Assembly: GCA_013697295.1 (NCBI GenBank)
Contig: JACCXF010000202.1
Span: forward strand, 4,027 to 68,026
Reading direction: 5' to 3'
Origin: Actinomycetota bacterium
Lineage (GTDB): Bacteria > Actinomycetota > CADDZG01 > WHSQ01
Length of the DNA stretch: 64,000 nt
The translations under genes were made by a program, and so were the position numbers. The notes below the pieces were generated by a model, which searched no databases, was not told the origin of the DNA, and saw only the letters and a program-made list of their open reading frames with translations. This document shows positions 48,209 through 57,779 of the stretch, piece after piece. Position 1 is the first letter of the stretch. Every line of letters begins with the position of its first letter.

Positions 48209-49711
48209 ATGACTTCTGCATGGGGGGAACTCGTCTCACGCCTCGAGGGGATCACGGATCTCGTCTCCGCCGTGAAGCTCTTCGAGTGGGACCAGGCATC
48301 GATCATGCCTGCCGCGGGAGGACCCGCCCGAGCCCGCGCGAGCTCCACGCTCGAGGGGCTCATCCACGAAAGGCTGACGGATCCCAAGATCGGCGACCTC
48401 CTCAGCCGGCTCGAAGAAGAAGCGGACGCTCTGGACGAGCAGCAGCGCGCGAGCGTCCGGGTGCTGAAGCGCGACTACGAGAAGGCTACGAAGGTCCCCG
48501 AGGAACTCGTCAAGGCCCTCGCCATCGCCCGGGGGAACGCGTACCAGGCTTGGGCTCAGGCGCGGCCTGCCGACGATTTCTCGATCCTTCAGCCCCAGCT
48601 CGAAACACTCATCGACCTCAAGAAACAAGAGGCGGATGCCCTCGGCTGGGAGGGTGAGCGCTATGACGCCCTGCTCGACCAATTCGAGCCCGGGATGAAA
48701 ACGGCCGAGGTGCAGGTGATGTTCGATGAACTGGTCGACGGACTCAGGCCGATCGTCGATGCCGTGCTGGATGCCGTCGACGACCCTCCTGCGTTCCTGG
48801 CACGCGACTACGACGAGGACAAGCAGATGGAGTTCTGTCGCTGGCTCATCAAGCAGCTCGATTTCGACCTCGATCGGGGGCGGCTCGATACCTCGCCTCA
48901 TCCATTCACCATCGCCATCGGCATCGGCGATGTGCGACAAACGACGCGCGCCGAAGCGAATGCTCTGATGACCTCCATCTACGCAACGATCCACGAGACC
49001 GGCCATGCTCTCTACGAGCAGGGCATACCGGATGAAACGCGGGATCTGCCGATCGGCACTTGCCCCTCGCTCGGGATACACGAATCGCAATCTCGCATGT
49101 GGGAGAACCAGGTCGGGCGCAGCCGCGCCTACACGGACTTCCTGCTCCCTCACCTTAAGGAGCGCTTCCCGGAGGAGCTCGGCATGGTCGATCTCGAGGA
49201 GTTCTACCGAGGGGTGAATCATCCGCGCCGGACGTTGATCCGCGTCACGGCAGACGAACTGACCTACAACCTGCATGTGGCCCTGCGATTCGAACTCGAG
49301 ATCGCGATGTTCAGAGACGAGCTCGATGTCGCGGATCTGCCGGACGCATGGGATGCCGCGATGGAGAAGTACGTCGGCATCCGTCCCACCGATCATGCCG
49401 ACGGCGTGCTCCAAGACATGCACTGGTCCATCTCGGCTCTCGGTTACTTCCCCACCTATACCCTGGGGACGATCTACTCGGCAGCATTCTTTGCACAAGC
49501 CGAGAAGGAGCTGGGGGATCTGTCGGACGAGCTTCGCGCTGGGGCCACAACCCGCCTGTTTGAATGGCTACGCGAGAAAGTGCACCGCCACGGCTACATG
49601 TACGACGCGAAGGATCTCGCGGAACAAGTCGTCGGCGGACCGGTAACGGCCACTGCCCTTCTGGACTATCTGCGATCCAAGTATGGAGAGCTCTACTCCG
49701 CGAGCATCTGA
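48209..49711 (+). CDS. M32 family metallocarboxypeptidase (Taq type)
   Basis: HETGHALYEQG (HExxH), GIHESQSRMWEN and IRVTADELTYNLH. Start set at ATG 48209; the upstream 218 codons of the track ORF are antisense to the phosphatase gene. Confidence 0.9.
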   Translation: MTSAWGELVSRLEGITDLVSAVKLFEWDQASIMPAAGGPARARASSTLEGLIHERLTDPKIGDLLSRLEEEADALDEQQRASVRVLKRDYEKATKVPEELVKALAIARGNAYQAWAQARPADDFSILQPQLETLIDLKKQEADALGWEGERYDALLDQFEPGMKTAEVQVMFDELVDGLRPIVDAVLDAVDDPPAFLARDYDEDKQMEFCRWLIKQLDFDLDRGRLDTSPHPFTIAIGIGDVRQTTRAEANALMTSIYATIHETGHALYEQGIPDETRDLPIGTCPSLGIHESQSRMWENQVGRSRAYTDFLLPHLKERFPEELGMVDLEEFYRGVNHPRRTLIRVTADELTYNLHVALRFELEIAMFRDELDVADLPDAWDAAMEKYVGIRPTDHADGVLQDMHWSISALGYFPTYTLGTIYSAAFFAQAEKELGDLSDELRAGATTRLFEWLREKVHRHGYMYDAKDLAEQVVGGPVTATALLDYLRSKYGELYSASI

Positions 49712-50289
49712 AGCAGGTCTTCTGCGCCCAGAGCGCCTTCTCGCAGGACCAATGGATCATCCACGACCGAGATCACCGTCGACGGAATACCGTCGCAGAC
49801 ACCACCGTCCAGGTACGCGTCAACCGCTTCGCCGAAGACGGCGCGAGCACGAGCCGCCGTGGTGGCGGGCGCGGCACCCGATGCGTTCGCGCTGGTCACC
49901 GCCAGCGGACCCGTCAACCTCAAGAGCTTCAGCAGCGAGTCTGAGTCCGGCACCCTCACAGCGACGGTGCCTTTCTCGCCACCGCCCAGGTCGACCTCGA
50001 ACCCGGTCGCGCGCCTGCAGACGATCGTCAGCGATCCCGGCCAGAATGCCTCCGCCAATCTCTGAGCTCTTGAGTCCAGGTGCGCGACCGCCTCTAGATC
50101 CGCGCGTGCGGCCGCCAGCACCGGGAGCGCCTTGTCGCGCGACCGTCCTTTAAGTTCGAACACGCGCTGCACAGGGCCGGCTCGTAGGGACGCGGCCAGA
50201 CCGTAGACCGTGTCGGTCGGGATCACGGCGAGACCCCCCGAGGCCAGGACCCGGGCGACCGCACGCGGGTCGCTCACCCGCTCGGCCAT
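49693..50289 (-). CDS. tsaC: L-threonylcarbamoyladenylate synthase (YrdC-domain only)
   Basis: LAVIPTDTVYGLAASL and TSANASG motifs. Start at ATG 50289 gives 198 aa. Confidence 0.85.
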   Translation of the reverse strand: MAERVSDPRAVARVLASGGLAVIPTDTVYGLAASLRAGPVQRVFELKGRSRDKALPVLAAARADLEAVAHLDSRAQRLAEAFWPGSLTIVCRRATGFEVDLGGGEKGTVAVRVPDSDSLLKLLRLTGPLAVTSANASGAAPATTAARARAVFGEAVDAYLDGGVCDGIPSTVISVVDDPLVLREGALGAEDLLQMLAE

Positions 50290-51119
50290 CGACCGCTGGC
50301 GATGCGCTCTCGCCCGGTCAGGTCGCGCTCCACCGACACTTCGGTGAATCCACGATCCATCAGCAGCGCGCGCGCCAGATCGCCTTGAGACATCCCGATC
50401 TCCAGCACCATCCATCCCGCGGGCGCCAGCCAGTGGGGGCCCTCGGCTATCAATCGACGTAGGACCTCCGTGCCGCCGGCTCCAGCGAACAGGGATCGAT
50501 GCGGCTCGTGGTCGACCACCTCGGGCGGCAGGGACCCCGCCTCGTCGGCGGCCACGTACGGCGGGTTGGCCACGACGACCTGGACGCGCCCTTTGAGGGC
50601 GTTGGCTAGTGCCGAAAGCAGGTCGCAAGCGATCAGGCACACCGGGAGCGCGAGGGAATCGATGTTTCGCCGCGCCCAGCGCGCCGCGTCCAGGGAGGCA
50701 TCGGTTGCGATGACCGTGGCATCGGGCCTCTCCTGTGCGATCGACAGTGCGATAGCGCCCGAGCCCGTCCCCACGTCAACCACCAGTCCATCCGCCGGAA
50801 GCACATCCATCGCCTTCTGAGCAAGCAACTCGGTCTCGGGTCGGGGCACCATGACGCCCGGGCCGACGGACAGGTCCAAGTGGCGAAACCCGGCCATGCC
50901 CGTCACGTACTGAAGGGGCTCGCCCGTCCGACGGCGTGCGGCGAGCTCCTCGGCCAGACGGACCACTCCATCATCGAGCTCCTGGTTCGGTCCGGTCGTC
51001 GATCCGGCCTCGTCCACGGCGGCGTCGATTATCCATCGGGCCTCCCGGTCCGGAACGTCGAGTCCGGCCGATCGGAGCGAACGCGTGAGCTCGCGGATCA
51101 GATCGGAGCGCGTCGTCAG
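50274..51119 (-). CDS. prmC: release-factor glutamine N5-methyltransferase
   Basis: VDVGTGSGAIAL and VVANPPYV motifs. The N-terminal helical domain begins right at the prfA stop, where the only in-frame candidate is CTG (CTGA overlap). The next canonical start is GTG 51017. Confidence 0.85.
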   Translation of the reverse strand: MTTRSDLIRELTRSLRSAGLDVPDREARWIIDAAVDEAGSTTGPNQELDDGVVRLAEELAARRRTGEPLQYVTGMAGFRHLDLSVGPGVMVPRPETELLAQKAMDVLPADGLVVDVGTGSGAIALSIAQERPDATVIATDASLDAARWARRNIDSLALPVCLIACDLLSALANALKGRVQVVVANPPYVAADEAGSLPPEVVDHEPHRSLFAGAGGTEVLRRLIAEGPHWLAPAGWMVLEIGMSQGDLARALLMDRGFTEVSVERDLTGRERIASGRWPSG

Positions 51120-52189
51120 GCGGCCCCCTCCGCGGGGCCGGACAGATTGGCGGTCAAGGCATCGATCAGATCGTCGAGATCCCCCTCGAGGATCTCGGCC
51201 AGGCGATGGACCGTGTAACCGATGCGGTGATCGCTGACGCGGTTCTCGTGGAAGTTGTAGGTGCGGACGCGTTCGGAACGATCGGCCGTCCGAACCTGCG
51301 CCCGACGCTCGTCGGCCATCGCCTGCATCTGCTGCTCCTGCTTCGCTTGTAGCAGTCGCGCACGCAGGATCCTCATCGCTTTGACGCGGTTCTGGAGCTG
51401 TGACTTCTCGTCCTGGCATGCGACCTCGATCCCGGTCGGTAGATGCTTGATGCGCACGGCCGAGTCAGTCGTGTTGACCGACTGGCCACCCGGACCACTC
51501 GACCTGTAGACGTCGATCTTCAAGTCGTTCTGATCGATCTCGACATCGACCTCTTCGGCCTCCGGGAGCACGTTCACTGCGGCGGCCGATGTGTGGATGC
51601 GACCGCTCGACTCGGTCACCGGCACTCTCTGGACTCGGTGTACGCCCGCCTCGTACTTGAGTCGCGAGTAGGCCCTCTTCCCCTTCACCGAGAAGGTGGT
51701 CTCCTTGATGCCTCCGACGCCGGTTTCGTTGAGCGACAACACCTCGACCGTCCACCTCTTGTTCTCTGCGTAGCGCGAGTACATGCGGGAGAGCTCGGCG
51801 GCGAACAACCCTGCTTCGTCACCGCCGGACCCGGCGCGGATCTCCATGATCACGTCCCGTTCGTCGTTTGGGTCCTTCGGCGTCAGGGCCTCGTTCAACT
51901 GGGTCCCGAGAGTCTCCAGGATGCGCTGCTGATCCGTGATCTCGCGCTCGAGGTACGTGCGTTCCTCGCCTTGAGAGCCGCTCAACATGCCGCGCGCCTC
52001 GTTCAGATCCGATTCCGCCTGCTTGTAAGTACGCCAGGCTTCAACCGTGGGTCGCAGTTCCGAGTGTTCCTTACCGAGCCGCTTCAGGTCATCGGAGCGC
52101 GTCGCGACCTGGGGGTCGGAGAGAGAACGTTCGACCTCCTCGAAACGAGCTTCCATCTCATCGAGACGCTTCTTGGGCGGCGCCATCAC
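51116..52189 (-). CDS. prfA: peptide chain release factor 1
   Basis: GGQ motif RSSGPGGQSVNTT and PxT-type region (PVTESSGRIHTS); 357 aa. Confidence 0.95.
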   Translation of the reverse strand: MMAPPKKRLDEMEARFEEVERSLSDPQVATRSDDLKRLGKEHSELRPTVEAWRTYKQAESDLNEARGMLSGSQGEERTYLEREITDQQRILETLGTQLNEALTPKDPNDERDVIMEIRAGSGGDEAGLFAAELSRMYSRYAENKRWTVEVLSLNETGVGGIKETTFSVKGKRAYSRLKYEAGVHRVQRVPVTESSGRIHTSAAAVNVLPEAEEVDVEIDQNDLKIDVYRSSGPGGQSVNTTDSAVRIKHLPTGIEVACQDEKSQLQNRVKAMRILRARLLQAKQEQQMQAMADERRAQVRTADRSERVRTYNFHENRVSDHRIGYTVHRLAEILEGDLDDLIDALTANLSGPAEGAA

Positions 52190-52995
52190 AGCATCACGTT
52201 GATCTCGTCCAGCACCCGTTCGCCCAGAACCGCATCTCCCCGTAGTTCAAGCCGGCCACGAGCGCGAGCCTGTTCGGGGGTCCAGCGCCCGCAGGTGAGA
52301 CAGCAGAAGGTCTCGACATCGATGCCGAACCAAACGTCAGGGTCACTCGCGGAGGTCTCGATTGGGTGCGCTCGGCCACCCTCGACACCCACGGTCCGGA
52401 TCACGACGGGTGGATCGCCCACCTCGAAGGAAACGATGGAGCCGTCGGATGCGGCGGCGCGTTTGCCGATCACGTAAGGCATGGCCAGCATCAGGCGTTC
52501 GGTCACGAACACCGGAACCGGCCCGTCGAGGTGGCCCGGCCGTCCTGCCCCTCGCCGTATGTCCTGCTCGTGCGTCCACGAATCCACGACCCTGGTGGCG
52601 AGAAGATCCCGCATCGTCCCCGGTCCCACCGGGGTCCAGGCATCGACTTGAAGATCCGCCTCCGTCCAACCGCTTATCTCGATCAGACGCTCTTCTGTCA
52701 CGGCTCTGAACTCGTCGAGGACCTCCTGGGCAGAGTGGGACCGCCTGAAGTCGACCGCCACCTCGTTCACCGAGCCGAGTTCATTCTTTACATGGTCGCG
52801 CTCGCCGGGGTCGTGCTCGGGAAGAGGACGTCCCATGAAGAAGGACTCTGAACCGCAGAGATGAGCGACGACATCCTTCACGTTCCAGCCGGGGAGATCG
52901 GTCTCGGCGTTCCAGTCCTCGGGCTCGAACGAGCTACACAGCTCGTCGATCGATCTCCAGATGATGCCCAGATGCTCGGCCTCTGGCGCGGTCAC
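52186..52995 (-). CDS. DinB-like / mycothiol-dependent maleylpyruvate isomerase N-terminal domain family protein
   Basis: WNVKDVVAHL..DSWTHEQDI pattern of the actinobacterial TIGR03083-type family (recalled from memory). Start set at GTG 52995, just after the DUF1385 stop. Confidence 0.6.
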   Translation of the reverse strand: MTAPEAEHLGIIWRSIDELCSSFEPEDWNAETDLPGWNVKDVVAHLCGSESFFMGRPLPEHDPGERDHVKNELGSVNEVAVDFRRSHSAQEVLDEFRAVTEERLIEISGWTEADLQVDAWTPVGPGTMRDLLATRVVDSWTHEQDIRRGAGRPGHLDGPVPVFVTERLMLAMPYVIGKRAAASDGSIVSFEVGDPPVVIRTVGVEGGRAHPIETSASDPDVWFGIDVETFCCLTCGRWTPEQARARGRLELRGDAVLGERVLDEINVML

Positions 52996-53000
52996 CAGCG

Positions 53001-53945
53001 TCAGGCCACCGGTGCTTCGGGAGTCGCGCCGTCCCCTTGGTTGTCGATGTCCTGCGCAACCGCCTTCATCGCAGCTATGGCTACCTCGATCTGATCTAGC
53101 GAAGGAGGCTTGGTGGTGATCCGCTGCAGGGCCAACCCCGGAAGCATCGAGAGTTTGAAGAACCACGAGTCCTCGTTGCGCGACGCAAGCTTGATGACCT
53201 CGTACGAGAAGCCGGCGAGAAGGGGGATAGCCAAGAGACGCAAGCCGATGCGTGGGAACAACGCCGTGGGTCCGATGAGATCGATGATGAAGTGGGCGAT
53301 GATCGTCAAGAACAACACGATGAACAGGAAGTTCGTCCCGCAGCGAACGTGAAGCGTCGAATAGTCACGGTCGATGGCAGCGGGATCGAGCTCATCCCCG
53401 TTCTCATAGGCATAGATGGTCTTGTGCTCGGCCCCGTGGTACTGGAATACGCGCCGGATGTCCTTGAACTGCCCGATCAGCAACAGGTAACCGACGAACA
53501 TCGACAGACGTATGGCGCCCTCGATCAGATTCGAGACGAGCTTCCCGTCTGGAGAAACATCGATGAGGTTCTCGACCAACCTCGTTCCGAGCACCGGCAG
53601 CGCGATGAAGATCGCCGAGAACAAGATGATGGATGTTCCCATCGTGATCCCGAGCTGTTTGTCGGAAAGCTGGTCCTCTTCCTCGTCCAGAGCCTGATTC
53701 GCCGAGATCATCAGCGCCTTCATCCCGATCATCAGGGACTCGATGAGGACCAAGCATCCGCGCAGCAGGGGCCACTTCAGCCACCGGTGGCGCTGGGCGA
53801 GAGTTGGCAGGGGGTGTCGCTCGATCGCTATGGAGTCGTCTGGGCGGCGACACGCGACCGACCACGACGAGGGACCCCGCATCATGACTCCCTCCAATAC
53901 GGCCTGCCCTCCAACGGAAGGCTTCGGGGGGGTCGTTCGTCCCAC
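53001..53945 (-). CDS. DUF1385-family membrane protein
   Basis: VGGQAVLEGVMMRGP N-terminus and YHGAEHK motif. Sits between rpmE and prfA, as in many Gram-positives. Confidence 0.75.
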   Translation of the reverse strand: MGRTTPPKPSVGGQAVLEGVMMRGPSSWSVACRRPDDSIAIERHPLPTLAQRHRWLKWPLLRGCLVLIESLMIGMKALMISANQALDEEEDQLSDKQLGITMGTSIILFSAIFIALPVLGTRLVENLIDVSPDGKLVSNLIEGAIRLSMFVGYLLLIGQFKDIRRVFQYHGAEHKTIYAYENGDELDPAAIDRDYSTLHVRCGTNFLFIVLFLTIIAHFIIDLIGPTALFPRIGLRLLAIPLLAGFSYEVIKLASRNEDSWFFKLSMLPGLALQRITTKPPSLDQIEVAIAAMKAVAQDIDNQGDGATPEAPVA

Positions 53946-53951
53946 GGAGTA

Positions 53952-54212
53952 CTACGCCTGTTGGGTTTCGGTGGTGGATTCCTCGGCCAAAGCCGGAGCC
54001 GGAGCCGCCTGGGCGCGCTTCGCGTACTTGCGCTGGAAGCGCTCGACCCGACCACCCGTGTCGACGAGCTTCTGCTTGCCCGTGTAGAAGGGATGACACT
54101 TGTTGCACAGCTCGACGTGCAACTCCTCTTTCACCGAGCGCGTCGTGAAGGTGTTCCCACACGAGCACGACACCTTTGTCTCGGTGTACTCGGGATGGAT
54201 ACCTTGCCTCAT
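53952..54212 (-). CDS. rpmE: 50S ribosomal protein L31 (zinc-binding type)
   Basis: [43 protein letters not shown] upstream of ATG 54212. The 51-codon upstream extension in the ORF track is not L31-like. Confidence 0.93.
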   Translation of the reverse strand: MRQGIHPEYTETKVSCSCGNTFTTRSVKEELHVELCNKCHPFYTGKQKLVDTGGRVERFQRKYAKRAQAAPAPALAEESTTETQQA

Positions 54213-54382
54213 TCGTCGTCCTTTCGAATCCCACCGTCGCCCTCGATCGCCTGTTGCTCCCGGCGTTCTCGAGCCCTCTCGTAAGCCCTGGCCCCGCGCA
54301 CCATGACATAGAAGGTGAGGAAGAGGCCGCCTACGAGTCCGATGATAGTCAGCCATTCCGGCCAACCCAAACCGAATACCAA
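54209..54382 (-). CDS. candidate 57-aa single-pass membrane protein coupled to rpmE
   Basis: Hand-found and below the track length cut-off. TTG 54382 with SD GAGGGA 5 nt upstream. Product [57 protein letters not shown]. Its stop overlaps the rpmE ATG (ATGA). Confidence 0.4.
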   Translation of the reverse strand: MVFGLGWPEWLTIIGLVGGLFLTFYVMVRGARAYERARERREQQAIEGDGGIRKDDE

Positions 54383-54401
54383 TTATTCCCTCTTTATCTG
54401 C

Positions 54402-54422
54402 GCGATCGTCGAGACGATCGCT
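54402..54422. repeat. dispersed palindromic element, copy B (GCGATCGTC-GA-GACGATCGC)
   Basis: Identical core to 16750-16770. Lies between the rho stop and the small ORF. On the minus strand both copies are followed by (G)nAGAnAAAGnGGGAA and a start codon. Confidence 0.8.
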
Positions 54423-54457
54423 GCCTGTGCTCGCCTCTCCGCGAGGGTCGCGAGGGC

Positions 54458-56095
54458 CTAATCGCCCTTGACCGGGACCTTGGCTATCTCCCGCAGGAAC
54501 TCGCCGTTGCCCCTGGTGGCCTTCATCTTGTCGATCAGGAGCTCGAGAGCGCCGCCACCCTCGAGGGCGTGCAGCACCCTACGGAGACGCCATACCAGCT
54601 GTAGCTCCTCGGGCGTGAGGAGCAACTCCTCTTTTCGGGTTCCGGAGGCGGAGATGTCGATCGCCGGGAAGATCCGCTTCTCGGACATCTTCCGGTCGAG
54701 CCGCAACTCCCAGTTACCCGTGCCCTTGAACTCCTCGAAGATGACCTCGTCCATACGAGATCCCGTCTCGACCAGAGCCGTTGCCAGGATGGTCAGCGAG
54801 CCGCCGTGCTCGATATTCCTGGCGGCACCGAAGAAACGCTTCGGTGGGTACAGAGCCGTGGAGTCGACGCCACCGGACAGGATCCTTCCCGATGCCGGAG
54901 TTGCCAGGTTGTACGACCTCGAGAGTCGCGTGATCCCGTCGAGAACGATCATCACGTCCTGGCCCATCTCGACGAGCCGCTTCGCACGCTCGAGCGTTAG
55001 TTCCGTGACCTGGATGTGGTCATCGGACGGACGGTCGAAGGTGGAGAAGACCACCTCGGCGCCGTCCACGCTCCGCTGCATGTCGGTTACCTCTTCGGGT
55101 CGCTCGTCTACGAGCAACACCACGAGATGCACTTCGGGATTGTTGGCTCGGACGGCATTCGCGATCTCTTTCAGAACGGTCGTTTTCCCGGCCTTCGGAG
55201 GACTCACGATCATCCCGCGCTGACCCTTACCGATCGGCGCGACCAGGTCGATGATGCGCGCGGTGATGTGGCGAGGGTCATCGTGCTGCTCGAGCGTCAA
55301 CCGCTGCTGCGGGTACAGGGGCGTGAGGTCTGCGAAGCGGGGTCGGTTCTGAACCGCCTCGGGGTCCTCTCCATTGATCTTGTGTATCCGAAGTAGGGCC
55401 TGGTACTTCTCCGAGTCCTTCGGCGACCGCACGGAGCCGGTGATCTCGTCACCCTTGCGGAGCCTGAAGCGACGCACCTGCGATGCGGATACGTACACGT
55501 CCTTGTCGCCCGGCAAATATCCATGGGTCCGCAGGAACCCGTAGCCCTCCGGCAGGAGGTCGAGTATCCCGGTGCGAACCTCGGCGTTCGGATCTTCTTC
55601 GGCCTCGAGGTCCTCCCAGCTCTCTTCGCGCACGAAGTGCTGGCCGCCTCCCGGGCCGCCGCCGGGGCTGCCGCCGCGTCCGCGACGACGCCGGCGTCCA
55701 CGCCCCTCACGCGGGTCGGCTTTCTCGCGGGGTCGTTGCTGCCGGCCGCCCTGCTGCTGAGGGCGGCGCCGCTGCTGTTGCTGCTGCGGTCGGTCGTCGG
55801 AGCGGCGATCGTCTACCGCATCCTGGTCCACGACTGCAGCCGCCCCGTTATCGGACGCGCCGTCGCTCGACCCCGTGACCTCTTCGACCGAAGGGGCGAC
55901 CTCACGCTTGGGGGTCTTGGTTACAGCTTGGGCTGATGGAGCGCCGTTACTCCTGCGCCCACCGCCATTACCGGAGATCGCGTCGATGATCTCGGACTTC
56001 TTCAGTCCGGTGGTCTTTACGTCCATCGATTTGGCTATCGCCCTGAGCTCGGTGACTGCTTTTGATTCGAGTACCGAGCGGTCCATGTCGGACAC
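54458..56095 (-). CDS. rho: transcription termination factor Rho with long Arg/Gly/Gln-rich N-terminal insertion
   Basis: Rho_N helix ([21 protein letters not shown]), cold-shock (CSD)-like RNA-binding domain ([14 protein letters not shown]), and Walker [14 protein letters not shown] start with SD AGGAGG 8 nt upstream. Confidence 0.95.
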   Translation of the reverse strand: MSDMDRSVLESKAVTELRAIAKSMDVKTTGLKKSEIIDAISGNGGGRRSNGAPSAQAVTKTPKREVAPSVEEVTGSSDGASDNGAAAVVDQDAVDDRRSDDRPQQQQQRRRPQQQGGRQQRPREKADPREGRGRRRRRGRGGSPGGGPGGGQHFVREESWEDLEAEEDPNAEVRTGILDLLPEGYGFLRTHGYLPGDKDVYVSASQVRRFRLRKGDEITGSVRSPKDSEKYQALLRIHKINGEDPEAVQNRPRFADLTPLYPQQRLTLEQHDDPRHITARIIDLVAPIGKGQRGMIVSPPKAGKTTVLKEIANAVRANNPEVHLVVLLVDERPEEVTDMQRSVDGAEVVFSTFDRPSDDHIQVTELTLERAKRLVEMGQDVMIVLDGITRLSRSYNLATPASGRILSGGVDSTALYPPKRFFGAARNIEHGGSLTILATALVETGSRMDEVIFEEFKGTGNWELRLDRKMSEKRIFPAIDISASGTRKEELLLTPEELQLVWRLRRVLHALEGGGALELLIDKMKATRGNGEFLREIAKVPVKGD

Positions 56096-56098
56096 CTT

Positions 56099-56782
56099 CT
56101 ATGCCTCCTGCATCGAGGGTGGAAGCTCTCCCAGGTGGGGCTGAGCTGCCTCCCAGTCATCCAAGAATTTCTTTGCGCCTGCATCCGTCAGGGGGTGTGT
56201 GACCAACGACTCGAAAACCTTGGAGGGCATCGTCGCTATGTCCGCCCCTATGCGTGCGGCCTCGACCACATGCATGGGATGACGCAGGCTCGCCGCGAGG
56301 ACGTGGCTCTGATAGCCCTGGACGGCGTAGATCTCGCAGATGTCGGACAGCGTTCTGAGGCTGTCCGTCGCGATGTCATCTAGTCTACCAAGAAAAGGCG
56401 ACACGATGTACGCACCCGCTTCTGCGGCCAGGATGGCCTGGGAGGGCGAGAAGATCAGCGTCACGTTCACCTTGATCCCTTCGTCGGATAGACCCCGCGT
56501 CGCGGCGAGGCCCGCCTGCGTCATGGCGATCTTCACGACGGCGTTATCTGCGATCTGAGCGATCTCGTGCCCTTGACGGATCAGGAGCTCTGCATCGTCG
56601 ATCGAGGTCGTCTCTATCGATACATCTCCATCGACGATGGAACAGATCTCCTTCACGAGAGGCAGGAATCCCTGCTCCTCTTTACCGATCAGAGAGGGAT
56701 TCGTCGTCACGCCGCGCAGCACCCCCCAGCTCGCCGCGCTGCGGATCTCTTCGAGGTTCGCGCTGTCGAGTGAAAGCTTCAC
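56099..56782 (-). CDS. fructose-6-phosphate aldolase / transaldolase (type 3B)
   Basis: From GTG 56782 (SD AAAGGAG): MKLSLDSANLEEI..GVTTNPSL..VVKIAMT (Schiff-base Lys context); about 227 aa. Confidence 0.85.
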   Translation of the reverse strand: MKLSLDSANLEEIRSAASWGVLRGVTTNPSLIGKEEQGFLPLVKEICSIVDGDVSIETTSIDDAELLIRQGHEIAQIADNAVVKIAMTQAGLAATRGLSDEGIKVNVTLIFSPSQAILAAEAGAYIVSPFLGRLDDIATDSLRTLSDICEIYAVQGYQSHVLAASLRHPMHVVEAARIGADIATMPSKVFESLVTHPLTDAGAKKFLDDWEAAQPHLGELPPSMQEA

Positions 56783-56798
56783 GAAGCAGCTCCTTTGA

Positions 56799-57779
56799 TC
56801 ATGTACGGGGGCCGACAACTTCGGCCGCCGCTTCCAATAACTTGTCCTGACGCGAAGCAACTTCGGTCCCCTGATCCGTCATCTCGAAGGCCTTCCGGAT
56901 GACGTGGTCGATGACGTTAGTCAAGGTCGCGTCCAGGTCGATATGAGTGATGACTGGGACGCCGCGCATCCGAGCCGACGACAACATGTACTTCTGCAGC
57001 CTTCTGATCGCCTTGAAGTTGTTGAGATACCGCTCGCCGGGCCGCTGGCGCGACTCACGCGTCCGCCAGTAGAAGTGGCTGCGGTGCAGCTCCTCGTCCT
57101 CGACCGTCACCAACAAGGGCACGATGACCGCGTCCTTGTGCTCGACTCCCTCGAGGAACCCGGGCACCAGATGCGTTCCCTCGACGATGAGATCGGTCCC
57201 TTCGGCGATGGCGCGGTCGATCAACGCTTGAGCGCCGACGGCCACCGTCGAAGCCTGCTCCCTGAACCCGATGATCAACTTGTCTCCCGAGTGTGGGATC
57301 GGCTGACGAACCGCCTTGTCGGCTTCGAATGAAGAGGCATACAGGGTGGGGAACATCTCACGTGTGAAAGCGCTGCGGAGCACCTCGCGGACTGCATCCG
57401 TGGAGATGACCCGGGTGATGCCTAGGCGCGTCGCGAGCTGGGTGGCGATGGTGGACTTGCCCACGCCCGTAGCGCCACCGATCAAGATGATGAGCGGCGC
57501 GTCGAGATCCGCTACGGACTGCCACTTGATGAAGGCCTTGGCGTAATCGTCTCCGACTTCGCGCCGCAGAACCTCTAGCGTCAGGTCCTGCAACTCGTCC
57601 TCTGACACGGTTGCCACATCGCGAGCGATCAGTTCCTGCTCGACCATGTTGGCGATGCCGTAGGATTGGATCGGCCCCAGGCCCGTCACGGCGAGCGACG
57701 AGGCGGCCAGGCCTTTCGAGTAAGGAAGCCCATGTTCGTGCTCCGAGATCAGGATCCGCTTGCGGCGTTTCTCGTTCAC
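56799..57779 (-). CDS. putative 2-phosphoglycerate kinase (ATP-cone plus P-loop kinase)
   Basis: From GTG 57779 (GTGA overlap with the upstream stop): RILISEHEHGLPYSKGLAASSL, then LIGGATGVGKSTIATQLATRLGITRVISTDAVRE. Fits my recollection of COG2074 proteins. Confidence 0.55.
   Translation of the reverse strand: MNEKRRKRILISEHEHGLPYSKGLAASSLAVTGLGPIQSYGIANMVEQELIARDVATVSEDELQDLTLEVLRREVGDDYAKAFIKWQSVADLDAPLIILIGGATGVGKSTIATQLATRLGITRVISTDAVREVLRSAFTREMFPTLYASSFEADKAVRQPIPHSGDKLIIGFREQASTVAVGAQALIDRAIAEGTDLIVEGTHLVPGFLEGVEHKDAVIVPLLVTVEDEELHRSHFYWRTRESRQRPGERYLNNFKAIRRLQKYMLSSARMRGVPVITHIDLDATLTNVIDHVIRKAFEMTDQGTEVASRQDKLLEAAAEVVGPRT

Noticed and set aside
53952-54365. 137-aa version of rpmE from the ORF track.
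   Set aside because: L31 begins at MRQGIHPEY (ATG 54212, SD AAAGGA). The 51 upstream codons are Arg/Gly-rich and unlike L31. A different frame there gives a better small-ORF candidate.
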